A stretch of 63,846 nt of DNA, counting the filler, from an uncultured bacterium (GTDB lineage: Bacteria > CAZSTA01): the NCBI GenBank assembly GCA_964609495.1. It is 7 parts of 7 records of this genome, joined end to end, with 100 filler letters (N's around TTAATTAATTAA, not from the genome) between each part and the next. Parts side by side here need not be neighbours in the genome. Positions count along the whole stretch, not along the records: positions 47,284 to 56,527 come from CAZSTA010000148.1; positions 56,628 to 63,846 come from CAZSTA010000186.1; 5 more parts are not named here. One strand, written 5' to 3'. A model generated the notes under the pieces. It saw nothing but the letters and a program-made list of their open reading frames with translations. It was not told the DNA's origin and searched no databases. A program made the translations under genes and the position numbers. Every line of letters starts with the position of its first letter. The first letter of the stretch is position 1. Of this stretch, positions 47,540 through 56,946 are shown piece by piece.

Positions 47540-48532
47540 CTATAGTAAATTATCGTTCAAATTTTCTTTTATCAATTCTGCAGCATTTATTATTTTCATA
47601 TCTAACGTAAACACCCCAGCATCTTTACAACTTTTTTCATATTCAGTCTTTATCAGCTCAGCATTGGCAACTTCATCTTTTAATACCAGAATCATTGAGC
47701 CTCGAAACTTGTGTTCTACCTCGCGTAAATCCAAATCCTTGTTTTGGCCTCCTCCCATAAATACTAATTGTTCAATTTGGTGAGATAGTTGCTCACAATA
47801 GTTCTTAATTCGTAAGGTAAGAATTTTCGAATTTAGAACAATATCTCGATCAGAGATATCACTTCTAAACAACACAAAAAATAATCTTTCATTTCTTGGA
47901 TCATTATATAAGGAAAAACCAAGAGAGTCTATTAATAAGATGTCAAAATGTTTAAGATAGAGAATATCATTTGTCTTAACTAATCCCATAATATCGAGAG
48001 CCCACCAAAGCTTATGAGAAACGCTGACTTTTCCTTCTTCCTCCTCCTCAATAGATAATAATATTATCTTTATAGCCTCCTCTATTTGTCTATCCAGATC
48101 TCCTTTAGTATATTTCACTGTGTCTAAACTTTGAATGTTAAATGCTAATGATTGACCTTCTAATTGAATTGGAATTATCTTCTTACCAAGCGCAGTCATC
48201 AATCCGTACTCATAATACACATTTGCATTTGGCTTCCTTATCTTGTCTGCTTCATCAACGACATCATTTAGAAGCACAATACAAAATTGGGATTCGATTA
48301 TTTTGGAGCATATTTTTTCACAAAATATATCTTTTTGAAATTCACGTTGTTCAACTGCAATATATGGTTCAATCTTTACCTCCCTCAATTTTTGTGCGAT
48401 AATCTTTAATTCTAAAGCAACTTCTTCACTCGAAGGACTGGCAATAAAGCATATTCTCGAACCTTCAAAAATGCGTTTGCAATCCTGATGCCTCACAAAA
48501 CACTTTTGATTTACTCTTTTTGTTTTTTCCAT
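47540..48532 (-). CDS. Protein with N-terminal nucleoside 2-deoxyribosyltransferase/TIR-like domain
   Basis: CFIASP...IIESQFCIVLL...NANVYYEYGL..ALGK.II; AT-rich; AGGAGG RBS. Confidence 0.65.
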   Translation of the reverse strand: MEKTKRVNQKCFVRHQDCKRIFEGSRICFIASPSSEEVALELKIIAQKLREVKIEPYIAVEQREFQKDIFCEKICSKIIESQFCIVLLNDVVDEADKIRKPNANVYYEYGLMTALGKKIIPIQLEGQSLAFNIQSLDTVKYTKGDLDRQIEEAIKIILLSIEEEEEGKVSVSHKLWWALDIMGLVKTNDILYLKHFDILLIDSLGFSLYNDPRNERLFFVLFRSDISDRDIVLNSKILTLRIKNYCEQLSHQIEQLVFMGGGQNKDLDLREVEHKFRGSMILVLKDEVANAELIKTEYEKSCKDAGVFTLDMKIINAAELIKENLNDNLL

Positions 48533-48621
48533 TTTCTATTCCTCCTGCCCACAACGGCAATGATATATAACTTAAAAATAACCGAACTACTTCGCTTATG
48601 CAAAACTATCGCTTCCACCTG

Positions 48622-48665
48622 ATTGGTCAAAACGCAAAATTCGGACAAAAACTTTTATACGCCAC
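48622..48665. repeat. 44-bp direct repeat, copy 1
   Basis: 38/44 identical to 49876-49919. Confidence 0.85.
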
Positions 48666-48666
48666 C

Positions 48667-49821
48667 TTAAAAATGCAGATATATCAAATCATCTTCTTCA
48701 ACTATATGGTTTAGCCCTACTTCTTGTCCAGAATGCTTAACTGAGTTTCCCCAGAGCTTCGCATACTTAAATTGACTCGACCGAGATGGTGACGATTTCT
48801 CTACTATCTCACCGATAGTAGTCGAGCGAGGAATGACCAAGGTGGTCTGTTCGGAATCTTGAGATGGAGTATCGAGCAAAAACACACAAATTAAACCAAG
48901 GATTTCGATAATTTTATCCTCAAGTTTATCGAAATTCATCTCATCTAAAAAGTTGACATCAATCACTGCGAACTCATCGAAAGAACCTTTGATAATTTTT
49001 AGTTTCTCCTCCGCACCAGGGACATCATTCTTATTTGCTATGATAAATGTCGGAATGGGTTGTTCGTGTTTAACTTGTGCCAAAAGCTCATCCCGCGAAA
49101 ATTGGACTCGGATAATTATTTCAGCATGATGAATGCCCTCATCGAGTAAAATATGACGAGCCGAGGTCTGTTCCTCTTTTGAGATCGGCTGACCGCTGAA
49201 CTTTATTCCGCCTTTACCCCTCGCTCTAAATACCGTCCCTAGTGGTCGAGGTATAGTCGATATATGACCTGCGGATAGCTCCATCAGGATAGTATTCATT
49301 TGTTCAATAGGATCTTGTGATAAATCAATTACGATGCCTAAAGCATCAGTTATGCGAAGGAGATGTAGTAGCCTTCCTCCTGCACCCTCTCCCTTAGATA
49401 TATCTTGCACAATTGGCGGCGTATCGACTATCTGGATAAAGGCGCCCTGGTAATCAAGCATTCCAGGGATAGGAACTTGCGTTGTAAATGGATAGTCAGC
49501 AACCTCAGTAGAGGCGGAGGTGAGAGTATAAACGATAGCCGATTTACCACTATTAGTCAGACCTATTAAACAGAGTTGACCATCCCCTTGCCGCTTCACG
49601 TGAAAAGGATCCTGCTGACCATGTGATGATTTTACCGATTCAACCCTTTGAAGTTTTCCTAGCAAATTAAGAAGCCGTTCTTTCAGCTTCCTATATGGCC
49701 CTCCCCACTCATCAGGCCAGTCTTCCAAATAATCTTTAATGATCGTTATCTGCCTCGGATTCGGTTTGCCTCTAATCTCCTCTTGGATTTTAGCCCATAG
49801 TTCCTTAGCTGGAAGTGCCAT
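48667..49821 (-). CDS. DRG-like OBG-family GTPase with C-terminal TGS-like domain
   Basis: F.VKRQG, GLTNSGKS, YPFTT, DTPP, NKND; YAKLWG.S....QEVGL.H...D. Confidence 0.85.
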   Translation of the reverse strand: MALPAKELWAKIQEEIRGKPNPRQITIIKDYLEDWPDEWGGPYRKLKERLLNLLGKLQRVESVKSSHGQQDPFHVKRQGDGQLCLIGLTNSGKSAIVYTLTSASTEVADYPFTTQVPIPGMLDYQGAFIQIVDTPPIVQDISKGEGAGGRLLHLLRITDALGIVIDLSQDPIEQMNTILMELSAGHISTIPRPLGTVFRARGKGGIKFSGQPISKEEQTSARHILLDEGIHHAEIIIRVQFSRDELLAQVKHEQPIPTFIIANKNDVPGAEEKLKIIKGSFDEFAVIDVNFLDEMNFDKLEDKIIEILGLICVFLLDTPSQDSEQTTLVIPRSTTIGEIVEKSSPSRSSQFKYAKLWGNSVKHSGQEVGLNHIVEEDDLIYLHF

Positions 49822-49875
49822 AGCTTTTCATCCTTCGAAAATGTATTTTCACATAATAAGAGGACAAAAAGGTGT

Positions 49876-49919
49876 ATTGATCAAAGCTCAAAATTCGGGC
49901 AAAAACTTTTATGCGTCAC
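49876..49919. repeat. 44-bp direct repeat, copy 2
   Basis: 38/44 identical to 48622-48665. Confidence 0.85.
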
Positions 49920-50057
49920 TTGAGATGTTTATCGATAAATAATCTTCTTAATTATACAATTTCCTCGGGAATTTGACAAGTGCTTTTGATAGATAATCTA
50001 TATTCTAGGAGATTAAATCACTACTTCATCTTATCCTAATAGAGAGCTTTTTTACCC

Positions 50058-50086
50058 TTGACATCTTAATCTTGGTGTGCTATACT
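50058..50086 (+). promoter_or_regulatory. Sigma70 promoter for the rpe-rib operon
   Basis: TTGACA-17 bp-TATACT with extended TG. Confidence 0.75.
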
Positions 50087-50155
50087 TAGAATACCCAATT
50101 ATGATTCTTGGTAGAGCAACTGATAATTATAACTAACGAAGGGTGAAGAATAACT

Positions 50156-50881
50156 ATGGTCGAAATAGCCGCCTCGGTATTATCTGCCGATTTTGGGAAT
50201 CTTGCCAGAGATATAAAACTAGCGGAGGAAGGAGGAGCTGATATCATCCATTTCGATATGATGGATGGTCATTTCGTTCCCAATCTAACTATAGGCCCTA
50301 TGATCGTTCAGGCCTTAAGAGATGTGACAAAATTACCCTTTGATGTCCACCTTATGGTGGATCAACCTGATAACTATATAAATTGGCTGGCTAATATAGG
50401 ATGTCAATCCGCCACAGTTCATGTTGAAGCTTGCTCTCATCTGAACAGAACTATTGCTCATATCCTGTCTAAAGGGATGAAAGCTGGAGTATCACTTAAT
50501 CCTGCCACTCCTCTGTCATTCCTGGATTATATATTGCCTTATTTGTATCAGGTATTGATAATGACAGTGGAGCCTGGTTTTGGGGGGCAGGATTTTATCG
50601 AGGAGATGTATGCCAAGATCCAGTGGACAAAAAGTCTGATAAAGGCAAAGAACGCCAAAGCCAAGATAGAGGTAGATGGGGGGATAAATGAGGATACGAC
50701 TAGAGATGTGGTTGCTGTTGGAGCTGATATATTGGTTGCTGGTTCGACCATCTTCAACTATGGCGCTCCTTACGATAAGAACGATGAGGAGTTAAGGGGG
50801 AGGAATATAAAGGGAGCTATTGAAATATTGAAGAGGGAAGCCGAAGAGGGACTCAAAAGCTGTCAGGAGGCAAAAGTGTAA
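50156..50881 (+). CDS. rpe: Ribulose-phosphate 3-epimerase
   Basis: SVLSADF, HFDMMDGHFVPNLT.G, DVHLM, LNPATP, MTVEPGFGGQ, VDGGI. Confidence 0.95.
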   Translation: MVEIAASVLSADFGNLARDIKLAEEGGADIIHFDMMDGHFVPNLTIGPMIVQALRDVTKLPFDVHLMVDQPDNYINWLANIGCQSATVHVEACSHLNRTIAHILSKGMKAGVSLNPATPLSFLDYILPYLYQVLIMTVEPGFGGQDFIEEMYAKIQWTKSLIKAKNAKAKIEVDGGINEDTTRDVVAVGADILVAGSTIFNYGAPYDKNDEELRGRNIKGAIEILKREAEEGLKSCQEAKV

Positions 50882-50882
50882 G

Positions 50883-51989
50883 GTGGGTGATAAAGAGAGA
50901 TATATAGCCTTAGCTTTGGAGCTGGCGGAGAAGGGGAGAGGAAGAACCAGCCCCAATCCTATGGTAGGAGCGGTGGTAGTTAAGGACGGTCGAATAATTG
51001 GACGCGGTTTTCACGCTAAGGCAGGAGGCCCCCATGCGGAGGTGGTAGCCCTTCAGGAAGCCGGAGATGAGGCTAGAGGAGCGACTGTATACGTGAGCTT
51101 AGAGCCTTGCTCCCACTATGGTCGCACTCCTCCCTGTGTGGATAGGATCATTGAGGCTGGGATATCTAAGGTTGTGGTGGCGATGCTTGATCCCAATCCC
51201 TTAGTTGCTGGAAGAGGGATCGAGAAGCTGAGAGCCGCCGGGATCGAGACGGAAGTAGGGGTGCTGGAGAAGAGAGCAAAACGTTTAAATGAGGTATTCA
51301 TTAAATATATAACTACCGAGCTTCCCTTCGTATTGATCAAGATGGCCATGACCTTGGATGGAAAGAGCGCTACGATAACTGGAGATTCTCGCTGGATAAG
51401 TGGGGAGGGATCGAGAGCTTACGTTCATCATCTTCGAGATGAATTCGATGCGGTCATGGTGGGGATAGGCACTGTATTAAAAGATGATCCTCGCCTGACC
51501 GCCAGGTTGCCTGAAGGGGGCGGAAAAGACCCTATAAGGATTATAGTTGATAGTCGAGGACGTATCCCTCTCACTGCCAAGGTTCTGAACTTAGATTCAC
51601 CAGCAAAAACTATGATCGCAGTAACCAAAAAAGCACCTCAAGATAAGGTCGAACAACTTCGAGGAAAAGGGATAGAAGTATTAGTTCTGCCTGCTGTCCG
51701 AGATGATAAGGTGGATTTAAGGGAGCTTCTCCGAGAGCTGGGAAAAAGGGAGATAGCGAGTGTTTTGGTGGAGGGAGGAGGCAACCTCAACTGGTCGCTT
51801 TTAGATGCTGGTCTAGTTGATAAGATCGTTTTCTTCATCGCCCCTAAGATAGTGGGAGGGGATAAAGCTCCTACTCCAGTGGAAGGGATGGGGATCAGAA
51901 GGATGACCGAGGCTCTGCTTTTAGATGAAGTGGAGGTAACTATCTGCGGTGAGGATATAGAGATTATAGGATATATCAGATCGAGGTGA
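50883..51989 (+). CDS. ribD: Riboflavin biosynthesis deaminase/reductase
   Basis: PNPMVG, HAE, LEPCSHYGRTPPC, TLDGK, DDPRLT, VEGG. Confidence 0.96.
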   Translation: MGDKERYIALALELAEKGRGRTSPNPMVGAVVVKDGRIIGRGFHAKAGGPHAEVVALQEAGDEARGATVYVSLEPCSHYGRTPPCVDRIIEAGISKVVVAMLDPNPLVAGRGIEKLRAAGIETEVGVLEKRAKRLNEVFIKYITTELPFVLIKMAMTLDGKSATITGDSRWISGEGSRAYVHHLRDEFDAVMVGIGTVLKDDPRLTARLPEGGGKDPIRIIVDSRGRIPLTAKVLNLDSPAKTMIAVTKKAPQDKVEQLRGKGIEVLVLPAVRDDKVDLRELLRELGKREIASVLVEGGGNLNWSLLDAGLVDKIVFFIAPKIVGGDKAPTPVEGMGIRRMTEALLLDEVEVTICGEDIEIIGYIRSR

Positions 51990-52001
51990 GCTTATCAAGG
52001 A

Positions 52002-52649
52002 ATGTTCACGGGGATAATTGAGGAGCTAGGGACAATTAAATCTATCGAGCGTTCTGCTGATTCGAGGCGGATGATAATCTCTGTGGAGAGGATAATGGCT
52101 GACCTCAAGATCGGAGATAGCATCGCGGTCAATGGAGCTTGTTTGACCGTGGGTGATCTTCAATCCTCTGCTTTCTCGGTTTATTCCTCACCAGAGACCT
52201 TGAGCAGAACGAATTTGGGGAAGTTGACGATCGGCTCTAAGGTGAATCTAGAGCGTTCTCTGAGGTTACAAGATCGGCTAGGGGGACATCTGGTCTTGGG
52301 ACATATAGATGGGATAGGTTATATCAAAAGTAGAAATAGGAAGGAGGATTCCGTTCTCTTTGAGTTTACCTTCCCCAGAGAATTAGCTCGATATATAGTC
52401 CCTAAAGGATCGATAGCGGTGGATGGGATAAGTCTGACGGTGAGTAATCTTTCCCCTGACTTCTTCGAGGTGTCGGTTATCCCCTATACTTTAGAGGCTA
52501 CTACCCTTGGATTTAAGAGGGTGGGGGATGAGGTGAACTTGGAGACTGATATAATCGGTAAATACGTGGAGAGACTCTTGGGAAGCTATGAGGAGGGGAT
52601 CTCTAGTAGGATCACTTCAGAGCTGTTGGAGAGAACTGGATTCGTTTGA
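52002..52649 (+). CDS. ribE: Riboflavin synthase (alpha chain)
   Basis: MFTGII, SIAVNGACLT, VNLER, GGHLVLGHID, KGSIAVDGISLT. Confidence 0.95.
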   Translation: MFTGIIEELGTIKSIERSADSRRMIISVERIMADLKIGDSIAVNGACLTVGDLQSSAFSVYSSPETLSRTNLGKLTIGSKVNLERSLRLQDRLGGHLVLGHIDGIGYIKSRNRKEDSVLFEFTFPRELARYIVPKGSIAVDGISLTVSNLSPDFFEVSVIPYTLEATTLGFKRVGDEVNLETDIIGKYVERLLGSYEEGISSRITSELLERTGFV

Positions 52650-52657
52650 TAATTGAG

Positions 52658-52831
52658 ATGTTTAAGGATTACAAGATCATATTCTTCTCGGAGATGACTA
52701 TGAGGCTGATATAGTGGGGGCTAGAGGGGTAGGCATAACTCCTATACTTCATAGAATAGAGATAAAGAGGTCGATTGTATATAATAAATGACTTGAGAGA
52801 GATAATAAGTCACCTCTCGAATAGGATATAG
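52658..52831 (+). pseudogene. Internally deleted HAD-family hydrolase remnant
   Basis: MFKDYKIIFF (lead-in to motif I), then GDDYEADIVGARGVGITPIL (motif IV) in another frame, then INDLREIISHL. Confidence 0.7.
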
Positions 52832-52854
52832 AACTTTCTAAAGAGGTTGAGGAT

Positions 52855-54084
52855 ATGGCTTTTAATACTATAGAGGAAGCTATTAAGGATATACGTCAGG
52901 GGAAGATGATCATCGTTGTTGATGATGAGGATCGAGAGAATGAGGGCGATCTCACTATGGCCGCGGAGAAGGTTACTCCGGAGGCTATAAATTTTATGAC
53001 CAAATCTGGAAGAGGTTTAGTCTGCGTGCCTATGACTGGCGAGAGGCTCGATGAGTTGAGGGTCCCCTCGATGGTGATGGAGAACGAAGCTCCTTTCGGA
53101 ACCGCCTTCACCGTCTCTGTCGATGCTAGATACGGGATAACTACTGGGATCTCCGCTTATGATAGAGCAAGGACGATAAGGGTGCTTGTTGCCCCGGGCT
53201 CCACCTCGGCTGACTTGGTCGCTCCCGGACATATATTCCCCTTACGAGCTAGAAAGGGCGGGGTGCTGAGGAGAACTGGACAGACAGAGGCTTCAATAGA
53301 CTTAGCTCGCCTAGCGGGGCTTTATCCAGCAGGTGTAATCTGCGAGATAATGAAGGATGACGGAACGATGATGCGCGTTCCTGATCTGATGAATTTTGCG
53401 GCAATGTATAAGATGAAGATAATCACCATAGCTGATCTGATAAAGTATCGAATGAGATCGGAGAGATTGATAAAGCGAGGAGCAACGACTGTTCTCCCCA
53501 CGAAATACGGGAATTTCACCACAACCGTTTACGAGAGCTTAGTCGATAACGAGTATCATATCGCCTTAACAATGGGTGATATATCCGAGGCTGACGAGGT
53601 TCTGGTTCGAGTTCATTCCCAATGTCTTACTGGCGAGGTCTTTGGCTCTATGCGCTGTGATTGCGGGGAGCAGTTGAATATGGCGATGCGGATGATCGCT
53701 GAGGAGGGGTGCGGAGTTCTCCTCTATCTGAGGCAGGAAGGTCGGGGGATCGGTCTCTTCCACAAATTCCGAGCTTATGAGTTACAAGATCAGGGATATG
53801 ATACCGTGGAGGCGAACGAGGAGCTGGGATTTAAGGTGGATATGAGGGATTATGGAATAGGAGCTCAGATATTATTCGATCTAGGCGTTACAAAGATGAG
53901 ATTAATGACTAATAATCCTCTGAAGCGAGCAGGATTACAAGGATACGGTTTAACGGTTGTGGAGAGGATTCCCCTGATAACTAAGCCTAACGAGTATAAC
54001 TTGAAATATCTTCGGACTAAGCAACAAAAGATGGGACATATATTGTCCGACGAAGAGGAGGAGGTCAAGATCAAAAATGAGTAG
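52855..54084 (+). CDS. ribBA: Bifunctional DHBP synthase/GTP cyclohydrolase II
   Basis: [34 protein letters not shown]...RCDCG, QEGRGIG, TNNP. Confidence 0.96.
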   Translation: MAFNTIEEAIKDIRQGKMIIVVDDEDRENEGDLTMAAEKVTPEAINFMTKSGRGLVCVPMTGERLDELRVPSMVMENEAPFGTAFTVSVDARYGITTGISAYDRARTIRVLVAPGSTSADLVAPGHIFPLRARKGGVLRRTGQTEASIDLARLAGLYPAGVICEIMKDDGTMMRVPDLMNFAAMYKMKIITIADLIKYRMRSERLIKRGATTVLPTKYGNFTTTVYESLVDNEYHIALTMGDISEADEVLVRVHSQCLTGEVFGSMRCDCGEQLNMAMRMIAEEGCGVLLYLRQEGRGIGLFHKFRAYELQDQGYDTVEANEELGFKVDMRDYGIGAQILFDLGVTKMRLMTNNPLKRAGLQGYGLTVVERIPLITKPNEYNLKYLRTKQQKMGHILSDEEEEVKIKNE

Positions 54085-54547
54085 GATCTATGAGGGGAAG
54101 CTGACAGCAGTCGGTTTAAGGTTTGGGGTAGTGGTAGCTCGTTTCAATGAATTTATAACGGGCAAATTATTGGAAGGGTGCTTGGACTGTCTTCATCGCC
54201 ATGAGGCTGATGAGGATAATATAGAGATCGTCTGGGTCCCGGGATCCTTTGAGATACCCGTAGTCGCTCTTCATCTAGCTCAAGCTGGACGCTATGATGC
54301 TATAATCTGTTTAGGTGCGGTTATAAGAGGGGCTACTCCTCACTTCGATTATGTCGCGGCTGAAACCTCAAAGGGGATAGCCAACGTATCGCTGAAAACC
54401 GGATTACCGGTGGTATTTGGAGTGTTAACCACCGATACAATCGAGCAGGCGATCGAGAGGGCAGGAACGAAGGCTGGTAATAAAGGTTGGGATGCTGCTC
54501 TTTCTGCCATGGAGATGGCGAATCTATTCAAGGAACTTAAGAAGTAA
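54077..54547 (+). CDS. ribH: 6,7-dimethyl-8-ribityllumazine synthase
   Basis: [30 protein letters not shown]. Confidence 0.97.
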   Translation: MSRIYEGKLTAVGLRFGVVVARFNEFITGKLLEGCLDCLHRHEADEDNIEIVWVPGSFEIPVVALHLAQAGRYDAIICLGAVIRGATPHFDYVAAETSKGIANVSLKTGLPVVFGVLTTDTIEQAIERAGTKAGNKGWDAALSAMEMANLFKELKK

Positions 54548-54565
54548 ATCTCTAATACATTAAGT

Positions 54566-54614
54566 AAAGGAAACTTTTGCTTCCAATAAAACTCAAGGTT
54601 AAAAAGTTTCCTTT
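54566..54614. repeat. Hairpin element, inverted orientation
   Basis: AAAGGAAACTTTT...AAAACTCAAGG...AAAAGTTTCCTTT. Confidence 0.85.
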
Positions 54615-54622
54615 AGAGGAAG

Positions 54623-55057
54623 GTGAGATATAAAGTGAGGGCGCTAATTCTTCATACTCCGGATAGAGGGATGGCTGAAATATCAGAAGGGATAGCGGCA
54701 GGTTTGAGATCCACAGGGCATGACGTTACGGTAATGAAGATGACCTCGGGAAGTGATAGGGTGAATGTATTCCCTTATAAGCTGATCTGCGTTGGCGCTC
54801 CTGTAGAGGGGTTCTTTGGAGGTAAGATATCTCCAAAGGTGAACGAATTTCTGAAGCGCTGTCCTCAGTTAGCTGGTAAGAAGACAGCCGCTTTCTCAAT
54901 CGCTAAGTTAATTGGAACTGATAAAGCGATGAGAGTGCTTATGGGGATGCTGGAGAATAAGGGGGCCTTCGTAGTTCACTTTATGAGTTTTAGAGGGGCC
55001 GGGGATATAAGGATGGCAAGGGAATTCGGGAAACAGTTGGGAAGGATGGAATACTAA
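54623..55057 (+). CDS. Flavodoxin-like protein with degenerate FMN-binding loop
   Basis: LICVGAPV, LAGKKTAAF, LENKGA, AREFGK; canonical SxTGNT loop absent. Confidence 0.65.
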   Translation: MRYKVRALILHTPDRGMAEISEGIAAGLRSTGHDVTVMKMTSGSDRVNVFPYKLICVGAPVEGFFGGKISPKVNEFLKRCPQLAGKKTAAFSIAKLIGTDKAMRVLMGMLENKGAFVVHFMSFRGAGDIRMAREFGKQLGRMEY

Positions 55058-55070
55058 GGGGGTAGGATAA

Positions 55071-56071
55071 ATGTTTTACACCGTTCTCTTTATCTTCTTA
55101 TTCACTTTCATATTATCCCTTATCAAGGGGATGAGTAAGGATAAATGCCTAAAGGATTTCGATGGTTTCCATGTGACCTTGGAGCAGAAGGATGGTAAGA
55201 TAATNNNNNNNNNNGGGGGAATTTGGGTCTGGAAAATACGGGATTGGAGCTAACCTATAGGAGCGATTACAAGGACGAAGATCATATCGAGACTAGTTTC
55301 ATTATCTATAAAAGCGAATACGAAGATATCCAAGTTATATATAGATATACCGATGAGTTGAGCGAGGAGAGGAAGATCGAGCGAGAGAAGGACTTGGAAA
55401 GGACCTTCCATCCCCCCAAAGTCAAGATATTATTGAGGAAGATGCGAAACACGGTCAATACCGCTAAGGATGCGATAATAGATGTTCTGAACCTGGTTAT
55501 AGGACAAGTTAAGAAGGTAGGAACTGGCAGTTCTATCATCGAAAGCGATATTGGGAGTAAGTATGTAACTAAGGTTGGCACGGAGTTTGTTGGCTATGTG
55601 GGGACCTCCTTCGATCCCATATTAGAGAATTGCATTGGAGGCAAGATGGTGCTGGAGATACTTGAGGAGGAAAAGGTAACTGAGTATGTAGGGGTATTAA
55701 AGGAGTACTCTTCCGATTTCCTGGAGGTTTTGGATGTGAAATCCCCCCAGGATTGTTCGTTTAAGATAAAGTCGTCTGAGAGGAAGTGTGAGAAGGGCAA
55801 TGTGAGCGTGATCATAGAAGATAAAACTTTGAAGATTCATAATTCCAGCTCTCAACCGGTTTTACTAAATGGTATTAAAGCCTCCGACTACGAACAGGAT
55901 ATTGATGCAGTGATAGATAAAGGAGAAGAGTTGAGTTATAAGCTGGAGAGGGATTTCCCAGAATTAGAAATATCTTTGAGGATAGTTAGAGAGGCGGATA
56001 TAATAGTCCCTCGTAGCCATGCTCTGATAAGGCACCGGGCGGAGAGATATGATGCCAGAGAGTTTTTCTGA
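55071..56071 (+). CDS. Hypothetical membrane-anchored protein, one gene split by a 10-N gap
   Basis: Track ORFs 55071-55253 and 55223-56071 join as ...KDGKI[gap]GNLGLENTG... Confidence 0.7.
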
Positions 56072-56180
56072 GCCACAATAAATTCTATTGACAAGGTGAA
56101 CAAATGTGATATAATGTGGCGATAGCTCTCTCACAGACTACATTTCCCTTAGATAGATTTTTCTTATTAGGAGAGAAACG

Positions 56181-56527
56181 ATGGCAGAGAGAATATTTTT
56201 TGAAACAGAGAACTTGAAAATTTTGAATGAAGATATCTTAGAAACGGAAAATATTGCTTCATCGAGTATTGATTTAATAGTAACTTCTCCTCCCTACAAT
56301 GTTGATATAAGTTATAATTCTCACGATGATAAAATGATTTATTCAAATTATTTGGATTTCAGTAGAAAATGGATGGAGAGATGCTTCAAATTTATCAAGG
56401 ATGATGGTCGGTTTTGTTTAAATATTCCCTTAGACAAGAATAAAGGTGGACAGCAGAGTGTAGGGGCTGACCTTACAACTATTGCGAAGGAGATAGGCTG
56501 GAAATATCATTCTACGATTGTTTGGAA
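56181..56527 (+). CDS. N4-C/N6-A DNA methyltransferase (beta class), truncated by contig end
   Basis: IDLIVTSPPYN motif IV near the N-terminus; own TTGACA-16-TATAAT promoter at 56088-56115. Confidence 0.88.
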
Positions 56528-56627
56528 NNNNNNNNNNNNNNNNNNNNNNNNNNNNNNNNNNNNNNNNNNNNTTAATTAATTAANNNNNNNNNNNNNNNNN
56601 NNNNNNNNNNNNNNNNNNNNNNNNNNN
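56528..56627. other. Artificial contig linker
   Basis: 44 N + TTAATTAATTAA + 44 N. Confidence 0.99.
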
Positions 56628-56690
56628 GGGGATAGGGGGAGGGTGATTTAAGGGAAGTTCAATTTCCCAGCACGGAGTTTTATATGCTTC
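56628..56690. repeat. Right end of composite element at contig start
   Basis: GGGGATAGGGGGAGGGTG...CCAGCACGGAGTTTTATATGCTTCC. Confidence 0.8.
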
Positions 56691-56707
56691 CTTCTATTGA
56701 ATAAAAG

Positions 56708-56816
56708 TTGATTTCCTAAGTAAAACCTGCTATAATATAACCAGATCTAAGACACCTTCTCTAAGAAGGAGGACCTCCCTAGTTCCAATTATATTCGGTT
56801 AGGGAAGAGTTGTCAA
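56708..56816. promoter_or_regulatory. Face-to-face sigma70 promoters
   Basis: Plus TTGATT-17-TATAAT (56708-56736); minus TTGACA-17-TATAAT (56816-56788). Confidence 0.6.
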
Positions 56817-56946
56817 GGGGTATTTTCCTAGAGGAGGCATATAAATATCGTGCTGGGAGTAGATTAAGCAGATTCAAAAAAGTTTCTGGCTGTTTTATCT
56901 GATCCATAATTCGGATATACCAAGAATGATATTTTATTAAAGGGAG

